A stretch of DNA of 64,000 nucleotides, from positions 21,411 to 85,410 of the forward strand of contig QKGS01000069.1 of NCBI GenBank assembly GCA_003250355.1, given 5' to 3'. This document shows, piece after piece, positions 48,801 through 57,287 of this stretch; positions within the stretch are counted from its first letter, which is position 1; each line of letters opens with the position of its first letter. The stretch is from Bacteroidota bacterium (GTDB lineage: Bacteria; Bacteroidota; Bacteroidia; Bacteroidales; SZUA-534). Below the pieces are notes generated by a model, which had not been told where the DNA came from, ran no database searches, and saw only the letters and a list, made by a program, of their open reading frames with translations. Both the position numbers and the translations under genes were made by a program.

Positions 48801-51800
48801 CTACCTACTGGCCCGATGCTGAACCTTGCAATGAATGTGCTTGTAACCCTGCATTATGTCCACAGGAAGTATGCACAACTATTTTATCGAAAAATTTTGA
48901 TAAGTACTCTAATATAAGCGGATATAACAATGCTACACTTGCAGCAATTCCTAATTCTCCGGCAAATGCAGCAAATGTTGGTGAAATGGTGTTAGGTTGT
49001 GGTGGTGCAAACGGATTAACTACTCCTTGCGCTGCAGAACAAGCTTATAACGGTCCTGCAGGTGATGCTATCATTACTGTAAATGCAATGGGTGAACCAG
49101 ATGGAGAGTGTACTTACGAGGTATTTATTAACGGAGTAAAAGTTGGAGAAAAACAAAATACAAGAATTTTTGGAACAAATACTCCTGCATATACTGTTGA
49201 ACCATTGCAAATTAATACTAACCCGGTTGCTATTAATACTGGTGATATAATCAGAGTAACATTTAACCAGACTTCTAATAACTTAGTTCCTGAAGGTTCA
49301 GGCTATGCAACTGCTCGCGGACGCTGGAGAGGTATCGATGTTTGTGTAAATGGTGCAACAGGTGATTTAGTATCCGGTATATCACTATCACCTAATTCAG
49401 TAACATTTGCTGCTCCCGGAGAAACTAAACAAATTGCAGCTACAGTTAGCCCTGCTACTGCTTTAAACAAAACACTCAACTGGACGTCAAATAATACTGC
49501 TGTTGCAACTGTAAACAGCAATGGTGTAGTTACTGCTGTAAGCGCAGGAAATGCAGTTATTACCGCAAAATCAACTGATGGTTCTAACATATCAGCTAAT
49601 GCAAATGTAACTGTAAACGGAATTGATCCGGGTGGATTAAGCCCTGTTCACGATGCATACTTACAAGGGTCAACGTTATTTAATAGTGGTGACTTACGCG
49701 TAGAGGCCGGAAACAGAACTTCATACTTAATGTTCGACCTTTCTGCGTTGGAAGGTGATATAACTTCAGCTAAGCTAGTTCTATCAGTAAGCAGCGATGC
49801 CGGAAACGGTGAAATTCAGGTAAATTTAGGTACTTCAAATAACTGGACTGAAACTACTCTTTCCTCAGCAAATGTTCCTGCAAAAGGGCAATTACTTGGA
49901 AGCATAAGTGGTTCATATGCCATATCAAGTCAGAATACTATTACACTTGATCCTTCTCTGCTAAACACAGGCGGTAAAGTAAGTTTTGTTGTTACTCATG
50001 TAAGTGGAAACGATGTATCTTTTGCATCGAAAGAAAACTCAAATATTGCCTTACGTCCGGTATTAAAAGTTGAAACTGAATCAGGAGATATTCCTGTTGA
50101 AAGTATTTATTTAAGCTCTTCTTCTGAAGAAATGAGAGAAGGAACACAGCTTACTTTAGACGTATTCTTCAATCCGGAAGATGCTACTAACCAGAATGTA
50201 ACATGGAGCTCAAGCAACGAAGCTATTGCTACTGTTGCTAATGGTGTGGTAACTGCTGTTGGTAAAGGAGATGCTGTTATTACTGCAACTTCAGTTGACG
50301 GAAGCAAAACATCTGACTGTAACGTTACTGTTACTCCGATTGTTATAGCTGTTACCGGTGTTACTCTAAATACTGATGCTACCTCTGTATTAGCAGGTAA
50401 AACTGTTACTTTAACTGAAACTATTGAGCCGGCTGACGCTACTAACAAAAACGTAACATGGAGCTCAAGCAACGAAGCTATTGCTACTGTTGCTAATGGT
50501 GTTGTAACTGGTATTTCTGCCGGTACATCAACTATTATATGTACTGCTGCCGATGGTTCAAATATTACTGCATCTTGTATTGTTACTGTTAAAGCTGCAG
50601 CACAGGATATTTTAACAGGTCATACATTACCTGCTGAAATCATTTTCAATGGAGAGTCAACATTTACAATCAGTTATGAAACTACCGAGCCTCGCGACAT
50701 TCACGTTGACTTACAGAATACTCAGATATGGAAAGGTTTTGGAAGTAAAATAGTTACTGTTGATGGTAAAGGAACTGCTACCATTAAATTTACTCCAAGC
50801 AATAATCCGTCGGTTAACGATACTTACCAGTGGATAGTTTATATGACTCCGGTTGGAGCCGACTGGACGCAGACTATCGGTAATAATATTAAGCAACCTG
50901 TTACTTTAGTTTCAAATGCTAAAAAAGTTGAAACCGTTTCGCTTAGCGCAAATACTGAAATACTTACAGTAGGTGAAAACTTTACATTAACCGAAACAGT
51001 TCTACCGGTTGATGCCGACAATAAAACCGTAATATGGAGTTCAAACAACGAAACAGTTGCCACTGTTGTAAATGGTGTTGTAACTGCTCTGTCAGCCGGT
51101 AATGCTAATATTACAGTTACTACTGTTGATGGAGGAAAAACAGCAATATGCGCAGTTACTGTAAAATCAAATACCACTGTTATACCTGTTGGTATTCAGG
51201 TTGACGATGCCAATAAATATTTGACTACCGAATACGAAGTTGGCAGTACTATGCAAGTAACTGTAAGCTTCAACGCCGGTGCAGGAAAAACAGTATCGGC
51301 CGACCTAGGCGGAATTCAGGTTATGTTACGTGAGTGTACTCCACAATGGGCTGTTGCTAAAGACTACATATTTGCTGATGCTTCTGTTATAGGACAACAA
51401 CAAGGAACTATTACTATATCAGTAGATCTTACTGGTGTTCCTGCAAGTGCAGAGCTTACTAACGGTAACTTCTACTTCCTGTTCCCGCGCTTTGTAGCTT
51501 CTGATGGCACAAACTATTGGGTCGACGGTCTAGTACCTATTAATATTGTAAAAGACAATATAGTTGGTATTGAAGATATTACAATTGAAGCTGAAAACTT
51601 TACAGCAACAGGTGGTACTATTAACGATGCAGCATGGGGCGGTCCCGGCTTAGGAGTAAACAAAACAGCAACAAACATCAACTGGGTTAACTCAGGCGAT
51701 TATACAGAGTATACTGTTAATGTAGCCCAGGCCGGTGAGTATATTGTTACTTACTACATATCTACTCCGTCTGATAATGCTCAAATACAGATATTGGTTG

Positions 51801-52249
51801 ATGGAACAGTAGCCTCAACCGATAATGTAACCAATAATGGACAGTGGGACAGCTACTATGCACTAACAGCAGCCAACTCGGTTTACCTGACAGCAGGAAC
51901 ACATACCATTAGAATAAACGCAACAGGTACTAACGCATGGCAGTGGAACTTAGACAAGATAGTTCTGTCTGAAACCCCTGAAGTTAAACGTGGCTCTGCT
52001 TCAATTATAAGCGATGCTTTAGAGGTAAGCTTTTTCCCTAACCCTGCTGACGATGTTCTGAACATTGAGCTAAGTAACTCTGATGCTGCTGCTACTGCTA
52101 CTATCATGAGTACCAACGGCGAAGTTGTTGTTTCAGAGCAATTTGTAGGTTCTGTACAACTATTCATCGGTCAGTTATCGACAGGTATTTATATACTTCA
52201 GGTAAATGATGGTGCAAATGTTACTACTGAGAAAATTGTTAAAAACTAA
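45884..52249 (+). CDS. 2121-aa T9SS-secreted multidomain glycan-active/adhesin-like protein (DUF5060 + GH140/DUF4038-like region, 6x Big_2, DNRLRE-like, CBM6, CTD)
   Basis: It has a signal peptide (aa 1-24). The DUF5060-like N-terminus reads WDKVTVALTL...MDVVFTAPSGKKIRVPGFFAADGNAANSGATSGKVYKAFLRPDETGNWSY. A TIM-barrel-like hydrolase region and a YVIYLPGGG...WFDPRNGG tail follow. The repeated Big_2 units share VTWSSSN..ATV.NGVVTA. The C-terminus is FFPNPADDVLNIEL...GIYILQV. Confidence 0.85.
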   Translation: MFKRLTGLAIGAILMLSSVITFSQTVNVSGALKKWDKVTVALTLPSNLSESDGTFRNNRMDVVFTAPSGKKIRVPGFFAADGNAANSGATSGKVYKAFLRPDETGNWSYQVLYYTGTDVASKSVSALPSPAHSLTGSVGNIGAQNAALPDLKAKGRLLYQQTGDLNARRYLRFAETGEYFLKHGPDSPENFLDYNQFDFDDSRNGCNLCVLHYYSAHAGDYKSGDPTWGNGKGKNIIGAVNYLQQIGVNSMSMSLYGGDDKNVFPWIKVGSTFIYDISKLAQWEIVLDHAEKNGLMLHLKLAEAENWNNLNSTQLKVYYREMVARFGHHLGVEFNFSEEYASRDLTYSSATSANERIQWLDEIDPWGNNHVMHTRPEDEAKAAYDRWLELDMPITGASMQNEHGSNYAEVFELTHSLVVKSKNNGTPWVVASDEQATANNGVFTTMDQTNGNVSDWGRKGVLWGNIMAGGAGVMWYGGANGDFKTEDFRRFNTLAAWGRHAVSFFQDNNVEFWKMVNNDALTSESSAHCLAEAGKAYVIYLPGGGSSNINLNGVSGTFNVKWFDPRNGGALKNGSVATVSGGGNRSIGNAPNSTTSDWVVLVTTENFIPVSSVSVSPSTATLNTAGETVTLNETVLPGNATNKNVTWSSSNLSVATVNNGVVTAVGAGTAKITAITVDGGKTAECNVTVNGVPAQGVTLDRSNVKLGKDSGTKLNATVLPTNAANKSVTWSSSNTDVATVSNGTVTGKSIGTATITVKTVDGGFTASCDIIVTEGGITYGSNWIVFESDITSSDLGAWVLRTPGDAKYHGATSGVEPIGNDYLEFTGNNEDGGSANSPLKYTFKCPKTGKYRLGMRLLQNLEGAAWDKCNDVYIKLEGNFTSGNEFSTDDLKHDHKFYGRGKDAWGAGIQMEGHINGVKKLVPVYYNLTEGEEYTFTMSGRAQRTCIDYIIFYESTISYTLAESQDIAAVNPSTYWPDAEPCNECACNPALCPQEVCTTILSKNFDKYSNISGYNNATLAAIPNSPANAANVGEMVLGCGGANGLTTPCAAEQAYNGPAGDAIITVNAMGEPDGECTYEVFINGVKVGEKQNTRIFGTNTPAYTVEPLQINTNPVAINTGDIIRVTFNQTSNNLVPEGSGYATARGRWRGIDVCVNGATGDLVSGISLSPNSVTFAAPGETKQIAATVSPATALNKTLNWTSNNTAVATVNSNGVVTAVSAGNAVITAKSTDGSNISANANVTVNGIDPGGLSPVHDAYLQGSTLFNSGDLRVEAGNRTSYLMFDLSALEGDITSAKLVLSVSSDAGNGEIQVNLGTSNNWTETTLSSANVPAKGQLLGSISGSYAISSQNTITLDPSLLNTGGKVSFVVTHVSGNDVSFASKENSNIALRPVLKVETESGDIPVESIYLSSSSEEMREGTQLTLDVFFNPEDATNQNVTWSSSNEAIATVANGVVTAVGKGDAVITATSVDGSKTSDCNVTVTPIVIAVTGVTLNTDATSVLAGKTVTLTETIEPADATNKNVTWSSSNEAIATVANGVVTGISAGTSTIICTAADGSNITASCIVTVKAAAQDILTGHTLPAEIIFNGESTFTISYETTEPRDIHVDLQNTQIWKGFGSKIVTVDGKGTATIKFTPSNNPSVNDTYQWIVYMTPVGADWTQTIGNNIKQPVTLVSNAKKVETVSLSANTEILTVGENFTLTETVLPVDADNKTVIWSSNNETVATVVNGVVTALSAGNANITVTTVDGGKTAICAVTVKSNTTVIPVGIQVDDANKYLTTEYEVGSTMQVTVSFNAGAGKTVSADLGGIQVMLRECTPQWAVAKDYIFADASVIGQQQGTITISVDLTGVPASAELTNGNFYFLFPRFVASDGTNYWVDGLVPINIVKDNIVGIEDITIEAENFTATGGTINDAAWGGPGLGVNKTATNINWVNSGDYTEYTVNVAQAGEYIVTYYISTPSDNAQIQILVDGTVASTDNVTNNGQWDSYYALTAANSVYLTAGTHTIRINATGTNAWQWNLDKIVLSETPEVKRGSASIISDALEVSFFPNPADDVLNIELSNSDAAATATIMSTNGEVVVSEQFVGSVQLFIGQLSTGIYILQVNDGANVTTEKIVKN
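47705..48205 (+). repeat. Big_2 domain-coding units 1-2 (tandem)
   Basis: There are two units of about 84 codons each. Each carries LPxNATNK-VTWSSSN-xVATVxNGxVT and ends in the ...TVDGG.TA.C..V signature. Confidence 0.75.
49370..49621 (+). repeat. Big_2 domain-coding unit 3
   Basis: VSGISLSPNSVTF...LNWTSNNTAVATVNSNGVVTAVSAGNAVITAKSTDGSNISANANVTVNG. Confidence 0.7.
49622..50086 (+). other. DNRLRE/CBM96-like domain-coding segment
   Basis: VHDAYLQGS...RTSYLMFDLSALEGDITSAKLVLSV...NNWTETTLSSANVP fits the DNRLRE-domain pattern as I remember it. Confidence 0.5.
50090..50596 (+). repeat. Big_2 domain-coding units 4-5 (tandem)
   Basis: Two adjacent units each contain NVTWSSSNEAIATVANGVVT. Confidence 0.75.
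50198..50502 (+). repeat. perfect 50-bp direct repeat (50198-50247 and 50453-50502; 255-bp period)
   Basis: GTAACATGGAGCTCAAGCAACGAAGCTATTGCTACTGTTGCTAATGGTGT occurs identically in Big_2 units 4 and 5. The flanks diverge. Confidence 0.9.
50924..51169 (+). repeat. Big_2 domain-coding unit 6
   Basis: KVETVSLSANTEILTVGENFTLTETVLPVDADNKTVIWSSNNETVATVVNGVVTALSAGNANITVTTVDGGKTAICAVTVKS. Confidence 0.7.
51569..51973 (+). other. CBM6-like carbohydrate-binding module-coding segment
   Basis: IEAENFTATGG...INWVNSGDYTEYTVNVAQAGEYIVTYYIS...IRINATGTNAWQWNLDKIVLSE is typical of the CBM6 layout. Confidence 0.6.
52016..52246 (+). other. T9SS type A C-terminal sorting domain-coding segment
   Basis: ALEVSFFPNPADDVLNIELS...IMSTNGEVVVSEQF...LSTGIYILQVNDGANVTTEKIVKN. 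Confidence 0.8.
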
Positions 52250-52310
52250 TAAACAGTAACGCTATAAACGGAAGCATTCCCTCATGCTTTCACTAAATAG
52301 GTTAATTAGT

Positions 52311-52340
52311 AAGGCTACTCTATTTGGGGTAGCCTTTTTA
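52311..52340 (+). terminator. rho-independent terminator of the giant gene
   Basis: AAGGCTAC(TC) at 52311-52320 pairs with (GG)GTAGCCTT at 52327-52336, followed by T's to 52339. Confidence 0.7.
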
Positions 52341-52390
52341 TTGCACTACTCCCCATAATTTCGTAACTTTTGTAGCTAAAAATTACTGCC

Positions 52391-53221
52391 ATGGGACACA
52401 AAAACGGAAAAGGCAAACAAGTAGAGCCTAAAGACAGAGATACTGTTAAAATTGATGTTGACTTTTATAATAAAGAACTTGCAAAATTCCAGATAGAACT
52501 GGTAAAATTACAAGAGTGGGTAAAAGCCAAAGGGCTTAAGGTAGTAGTGATATTTGAAGGGCGCGATGCTGCCGGCAAAGGAGGTGTTATAAAACGAATA
52601 ACCCAAAGCCTTAACCCCCGAACTTGTAAGGTTGTGGCACTGGGAACACCTACCGACAGGGAAAAAACACAATGGTACTTTCAACGCTATGTGCCACATT
52701 TGCCCGCTGCCGGCGAAATAGTACTTTTTGACCGTAGCTGGTATAACCGCGCAGGAGTAGAACGCGTTATGGGTTTCTGTACCGAAACACAGTATCAGGA
52801 ATTTATGCGCACCTGCCCCGAATTTGAACGAATGCTTATTCATTCAGGTATTATTCTAATCAAATACTGGTTCTCAATATCAGACGAAGAACAGGAACGC
52901 CGCTTTCAATCAAGAATTGACGACCCTACCAAACGTTGGAAACTCAGCCCTATGGATTTAGCCTCGCGCGAAAAATGGGTAGAATACAGTATGGCTAAAG
53001 ACCAAATGTTATATTATACCGATACCAAGCAGTCGCCATGGTACGTAGTACCTGCCGACAATAAAAAACGAGCCCGCCTAAACTGTATTAACCACTTTCT
53101 GAGCTTGATTCCGTATGAAGATATACCCCATGAAAAAACTGTACTACCCCCGCGACAAGAAGCTCAGGGATATGTTCGGCCACCATTTTCCGATCAAACA
53201 TTTGTACCCGAAAAGTATTGA
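52391..53221 (+). CDS. ppk2: polyphosphate kinase 2 (single PPK2 domain)
   Basis: 276 aa with VVVIFEGRDAAGKGG (Walker A-like), FDRSWYNR and the PPK2 lid region. Confidence 0.85.
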   Translation: MGHKNGKGKQVEPKDRDTVKIDVDFYNKELAKFQIELVKLQEWVKAKGLKVVVIFEGRDAAGKGGVIKRITQSLNPRTCKVVALGTPTDREKTQWYFQRYVPHLPAAGEIVLFDRSWYNRAGVERVMGFCTETQYQEFMRTCPEFERMLIHSGIILIKYWFSISDEEQERRFQSRIDDPTKRWKLSPMDLASREKWVEYSMAKDQMLYYTDTKQSPWYVVPADNKKRARLNCINHFLSLIPYEDIPHEKTVLPPRQEAQGYVRPPFSDQTFVPEKY

Positions 53222-53340
53222 AATAGTATTAACAAAATCTTGTTTCAAAAGCAAACACACTAAGTTATTTTTAATCTGTTTTTGCCCTATTGAATAAAAT
53301 TTACATATTTGCGCAAACAAACTAAACAGAATATAACTCG

Positions 53341-54795
53341 ATGCTTTTCAACTCAATAGACTTTGCAGTATTTCTGCCAATAGTATTTTTACTATATTGG
53401 TTTGTTACATACCGTAATCTGAAAATACAGAATATACTAATTGTAGCAGCCAGTTACTTATTCTACGGTTGGTGGGACTGGCGTTTTTTGTCATTAATTC
53501 TGTTTAGTACAGCCTTAGATTATAGCATTGCATTGAAACTTCACAATGAAGGTAATAATGCAAAACGAAAACTATTATTGTGGATAAGCATATTGGTAAA
53601 CTTTGGTTTCCTTGGCTTTTTCAAATACTACAACTTTTTTCTCGAAAATTTTGTTTCAGCTTTCTCATTCTTCGGCAATAGCATAAATGCCGACCGATTG
53701 AATATAATTTTACCTGTGGGTATAAGCTTTTATACGTTCCAAACATTAAGTTATACAATTGATGTTTATAGAAAGAAACTTGAACCTACTAACGATTTTA
53801 TTGCATTTGCAGCTTTCGTAAGCTTTTTTCCACAATTAGTAGCCGGTCCTATTGAGAGAGCTACAAATTTACTGCCTCAGTTTTACAAAAAACGAAATTT
53901 CGATTATTCACAAGCCGCTGATGGTATGCGACAAATAATGTGGGGGCTTTTTAAAAAAGTGGTAATAGCCGATAATTGCGCAATATATGCAAACTCAATA
54001 TTTGAAAACTCTGCCAATTTAAATGGTAGTACCCTTTTAATAGGCGCTCTTTTCTTTACATTTCAAATATATGGCGACTTTTCAGGTTATTCCGATATTG
54101 CAATTGGAACAGCCCGTTTGTTTGGGTTTAACCTGATGCAAAACTTCGCATTCCCTTATTTTTCGCGCGATATAGCCGAATTTTGGCGCAGGTGGCATAT
54201 TTCATTGTCAACATGGTTTCGCGATTATGTGTACATTCCCTTGGGAGGTAGTAAAACCAATAAATGGAAAATAGTACGCAACACTTTTATAATATTCGTA
54301 GTTAGTGGTTTTTGGCATGGAGCGGAATGGACTTATGTATTCTGGGGTTTTTTGAATGCAGTATATTTTTTACCAATGCTGTTATTAAAACGAAACCGGA
54401 AAAATATTGAAGTAGCTTCGAAAGGAAAAATTCTTCCTACTATTAGTGATAGCGTTAAAATATTCCTGACATTCCTGATTACTGTATTTGCATGGATATT
54501 CTTCAGGGCTGAAAATATGAGTCATGCATTTGAATATATTTCGGGAATTTTTAACTCCGATTTTTTTAGCGTGCCTACATTAAAACAACCTGAATATGCC
54601 ATAAGAACAGGTAGTTTTATACTTGTATTGCTTATAACTGAATGGTTTGGCCGAGAGAGACTATATGCATTGGCCGATTTAGACCAACGATGGAATATAG
54701 CTTTGCGATATGTTTTTTACTATTTGGTTTGCGTATTTGTATTATATTTTGCTCTTGGCAGTCAAAAGGTTGACTTTATATATTTTCAGTTTTAG
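53341..54795 (+). CDS. MBOAT-family O-acyltransferase (AlgI/DltB/PatA-like), copy 1
   Basis: 484 aa, polytopic, with FPQLVAGPIER and WRRWHISLSTWFRDY (invariant MBOAT His). Confidence 0.85.
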   Translation: MLFNSIDFAVFLPIVFLLYWFVTYRNLKIQNILIVAASYLFYGWWDWRFLSLILFSTALDYSIALKLHNEGNNAKRKLLLWISILVNFGFLGFFKYYNFFLENFVSAFSFFGNSINADRLNIILPVGISFYTFQTLSYTIDVYRKKLEPTNDFIAFAAFVSFFPQLVAGPIERATNLLPQFYKKRNFDYSQAADGMRQIMWGLFKKVVIADNCAIYANSIFENSANLNGSTLLIGALFFTFQIYGDFSGYSDIAIGTARLFGFNLMQNFAFPYFSRDIAEFWRRWHISLSTWFRDYVYIPLGGSKTNKWKIVRNTFIIFVVSGFWHGAEWTYVFWGFLNAVYFLPMLLLKRNRKNIEVASKGKILPTISDSVKIFLTFLITVFAWIFFRAENMSHAFEYISGIFNSDFFSVPTLKQPEYAIRTGSFILVLLITEWFGRERLYALADLDQRWNIALRYVFYYLVCVFVLYFALGSQKVDFIYFQF

Positions 54796-54797
54796 TT

Positions 54798-55804
54798 ATG
54801 CGAAAATTTTTAAGAAAATCATTACTGTTTTTCTTGCCTCTTATAGCAATAGGTTCTTTTTGTGTTGGTACATTCTACTATTTCGACCCATTCCGAATAC
54901 TTAAAAGGTACGATATATACTATAATTCAATTGTTGAATACAATGAAGATTTTGTTGCAACCGAACGATATTTAAAGAATACTGAAAAATACGACTCCTT
55001 TATATTTGGCAGTTCACGTGCCGGATGTGGCTTTAATACCGATAATTGGAGTACATATGTCAATTCGCAAGGTAGCTCGTTTAACTTTGCAGCATCTTGC
55101 GAAACTATTTTTGGTATCCATGGTAAAATTCGCCTGATTGATGAAGAAGAAGGAAAACTAAAAAATGTACTTTTAGTTATTGATACTGATGCAACATTTG
55201 CCGAATTAGAGAACAGCAAAACACATATTTTCATTAAACATTATATAAAGTCTCAAAAGAGAGTAAAGGGAAATATATAGCTACATATTTGAACGATTAT
55301 ATTTTTTCAGGCTTTATTATTCGCTATTTAGACTATAAGATATTTAAAAACCCAAGAGATTATATGAATGGCTTTTTACAGTTCAATAACAATAACTTAT
55401 CGAAAGAATATGTGGCTTTTCAGATTGGTAAAAATGAACATTTAATTAACGAGAATAAGGAGCTGTATTACACAGAGAGAGAACATATATTTTATAACCG
55501 GGATAATGAAATAAGAAATAACTCTGAAGTAATTAATAATAAAGCAATGCAATATTTAAATGATATTCATAACTATTTTATTAAACATAACACTGATTAT
55601 AAAATTATCATAAGCCCACTATATGATCAGGTAAAATTTAATAGTAATGATTTATCAAAATTGTACCATATTTTCGGTGACGAAAATATTTACGATTTTT
55701 CAGGCATAAATAGCATTACTTCCAACAAATACAATTATTACGAAACTTCACACTATCGAGAAACTGTTGGAGACTCAATTATTAAACAAATATATTTTGA
55801 ATAA
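54798..55804 (+). pseudogene. DltD/SGNH-like membrane-anchored partner of MBOAT, copy 1, frameshifted
   Basis: Track ORFs 54798..55280 and 55289..55804 together align to the intact paralog 57288..58289. The frames switch (apparent 1-nt deletion) around 55250-55275. Confidence 0.65.
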
Positions 55805-55828
55805 CACCTACTAAACCAAATATTCCCT

Positions 55829-57283
55829 ATGCTTTTCAACTCAATAGACTTTGCAATATTTCTTCCAATAGTTTTTATACTATATTGGTTTGCAACAAAC
55901 AAAAACCTGAAAATACAAAATGCTCTGATTGTAGCATCAAGCTATTTGTTTTACGGTTGGTGGGACTGGCGCTTTTTGTCCTTAATTCTATTTAGCACAG
56001 CTCTCGATTTTATAATAGGATTAAAAATATCGAAACAATATAACCCTGTTAAGCGAAAAGTGCTTTTATGGACAAGTATAATTGTAAATCTTGGCTTTTT
56101 AGGTTTTTTTAAATACTACAATTTCTTTGTAGATAGTTTTGTATCTGCATATTCGTTTTTTGGCAATGAAATAAATACCGGTACATTAAATATTATTTTG
56201 CCCGTAGGTATTAGTTTCTATACATTCCAAACACTTAGTTATACTCTCGACATAAATAAAGGAAAACTAAAACCAACCGACGATTTTATTGCATTTGCAG
56301 CATTTGTAAGCTTCTTCCCACAATTAGTAGCCGGACCTATTGAGAGAGCAAGAAATCTTTTGCCACAGTTTTATAACCAACGCACTTTCGATTATTCAAA
56401 AGCTGTCGACGGTATGCGACAAATAATATGGGGCTTATTTAAAAAAGTTGCAATTGCCGATAGTTGTGCTACTATTGTCAATTCTATTTTCTCAAATTCA
56501 CCCGACTTATCGGGCAGTACACTCTATATAGGGGCAGTACTATTTATAATTCAGATTTATTGCGATTTTTCAGGTTACTCAGATATAGCCATTGGAACTG
56601 CCCGCTTATTTGGGTTTAATTTGCGCCAGAATTTTGCATATCCGTTCTTTGCCCGAGATATGGCTGAGTTATGGAGGCGTTGGCACATATCGCTTACTAC
56701 ATGGTTCCGCGATTATATATTTATACCACTTAGCAATAGTAAAACAGGCAAGTATATACGCATTCAGAATACTATAATAGTATTCGGTATTAGCGGTTTA
56801 TGGCACGGTGCTAATTGGACATTTATAATTTGGGGACTATTAAATGCTCTTCTGCTTGTTATTCTGCTTTTACCAAAAAAGAAAATTAATCATCCGGGAA
56901 TAGTAGCCAAAGGGAAGGTATTCCCTTCATTCATTGATGCCGGAAAAATATTTCTTACATTCAATCAGTTTGCCCTTTCCGGAGTATTTTTCAGAGCCGA
57001 AAATGTAAATCATGGCATACAATACTTGTCCGATATATTTTCTTCTTCTTTTTTTAATATTCCGGTTTTTTATGATTCCGGTTTAGTTATAACAGTATCT
57101 GCATACATTGTAATACTCTTTGTAGTTGAATGGTTTGGTCGTGAAGAGGAATATGCTATTGCAAAAATAGGCTTCACCTGGCCCCGATGGACAAGGCATT
57201 TGGCATACTATTCACTATTCGTAATAATCATTTATTTTGCTTTAGCTAATACCGATGTCGATTTCGTATACTTTCAATTCTAA
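55829..57283 (+). CDS. MBOAT-family O-acyltransferase, copy 2
   Basis: 484 aa. By my own gapless count, 312 of 484 residues are identical to copy 1. WRRWHISLTTWFRDY is retained. Confidence 0.85.
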   Translation: MLFNSIDFAIFLPIVFILYWFATNKNLKIQNALIVASSYLFYGWWDWRFLSLILFSTALDFIIGLKISKQYNPVKRKVLLWTSIIVNLGFLGFFKYYNFFVDSFVSAYSFFGNEINTGTLNIILPVGISFYTFQTLSYTLDINKGKLKPTDDFIAFAAFVSFFPQLVAGPIERARNLLPQFYNQRTFDYSKAVDGMRQIIWGLFKKVAIADSCATIVNSIFSNSPDLSGSTLYIGAVLFIIQIYCDFSGYSDIAIGTARLFGFNLRQNFAYPFFARDMAELWRRWHISLTTWFRDYIFIPLSNSKTGKYIRIQNTIIVFGISGLWHGANWTFIIWGLLNALLLVILLLPKKKINHPGIVAKGKVFPSFIDAGKIFLTFNQFALSGVFFRAENVNHGIQYLSDIFSSSFFNIPVFYDSGLVITVSAYIVILFVVEWFGREEEYAIAKIGFTWPRWTRHLAYYSLFVIIIYFALANTDVDFVYFQF

Positions 57284-57287
57284 TTTT

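Noticed and set aside
47491-51177. Long antisense ORFs inside the giant gene (47491..48087, 49303..49590, 50107..50472 and 50839..51177, all on the minus strand).
   Set aside because: They coincide exactly with the Big_2 repeat-coding segments. The Val/Thr/Ala/Gly-rich codons there lack reverse-complement stops. The translations are low-complexity and have no start context, so they are artefacts of sense-strand composition.
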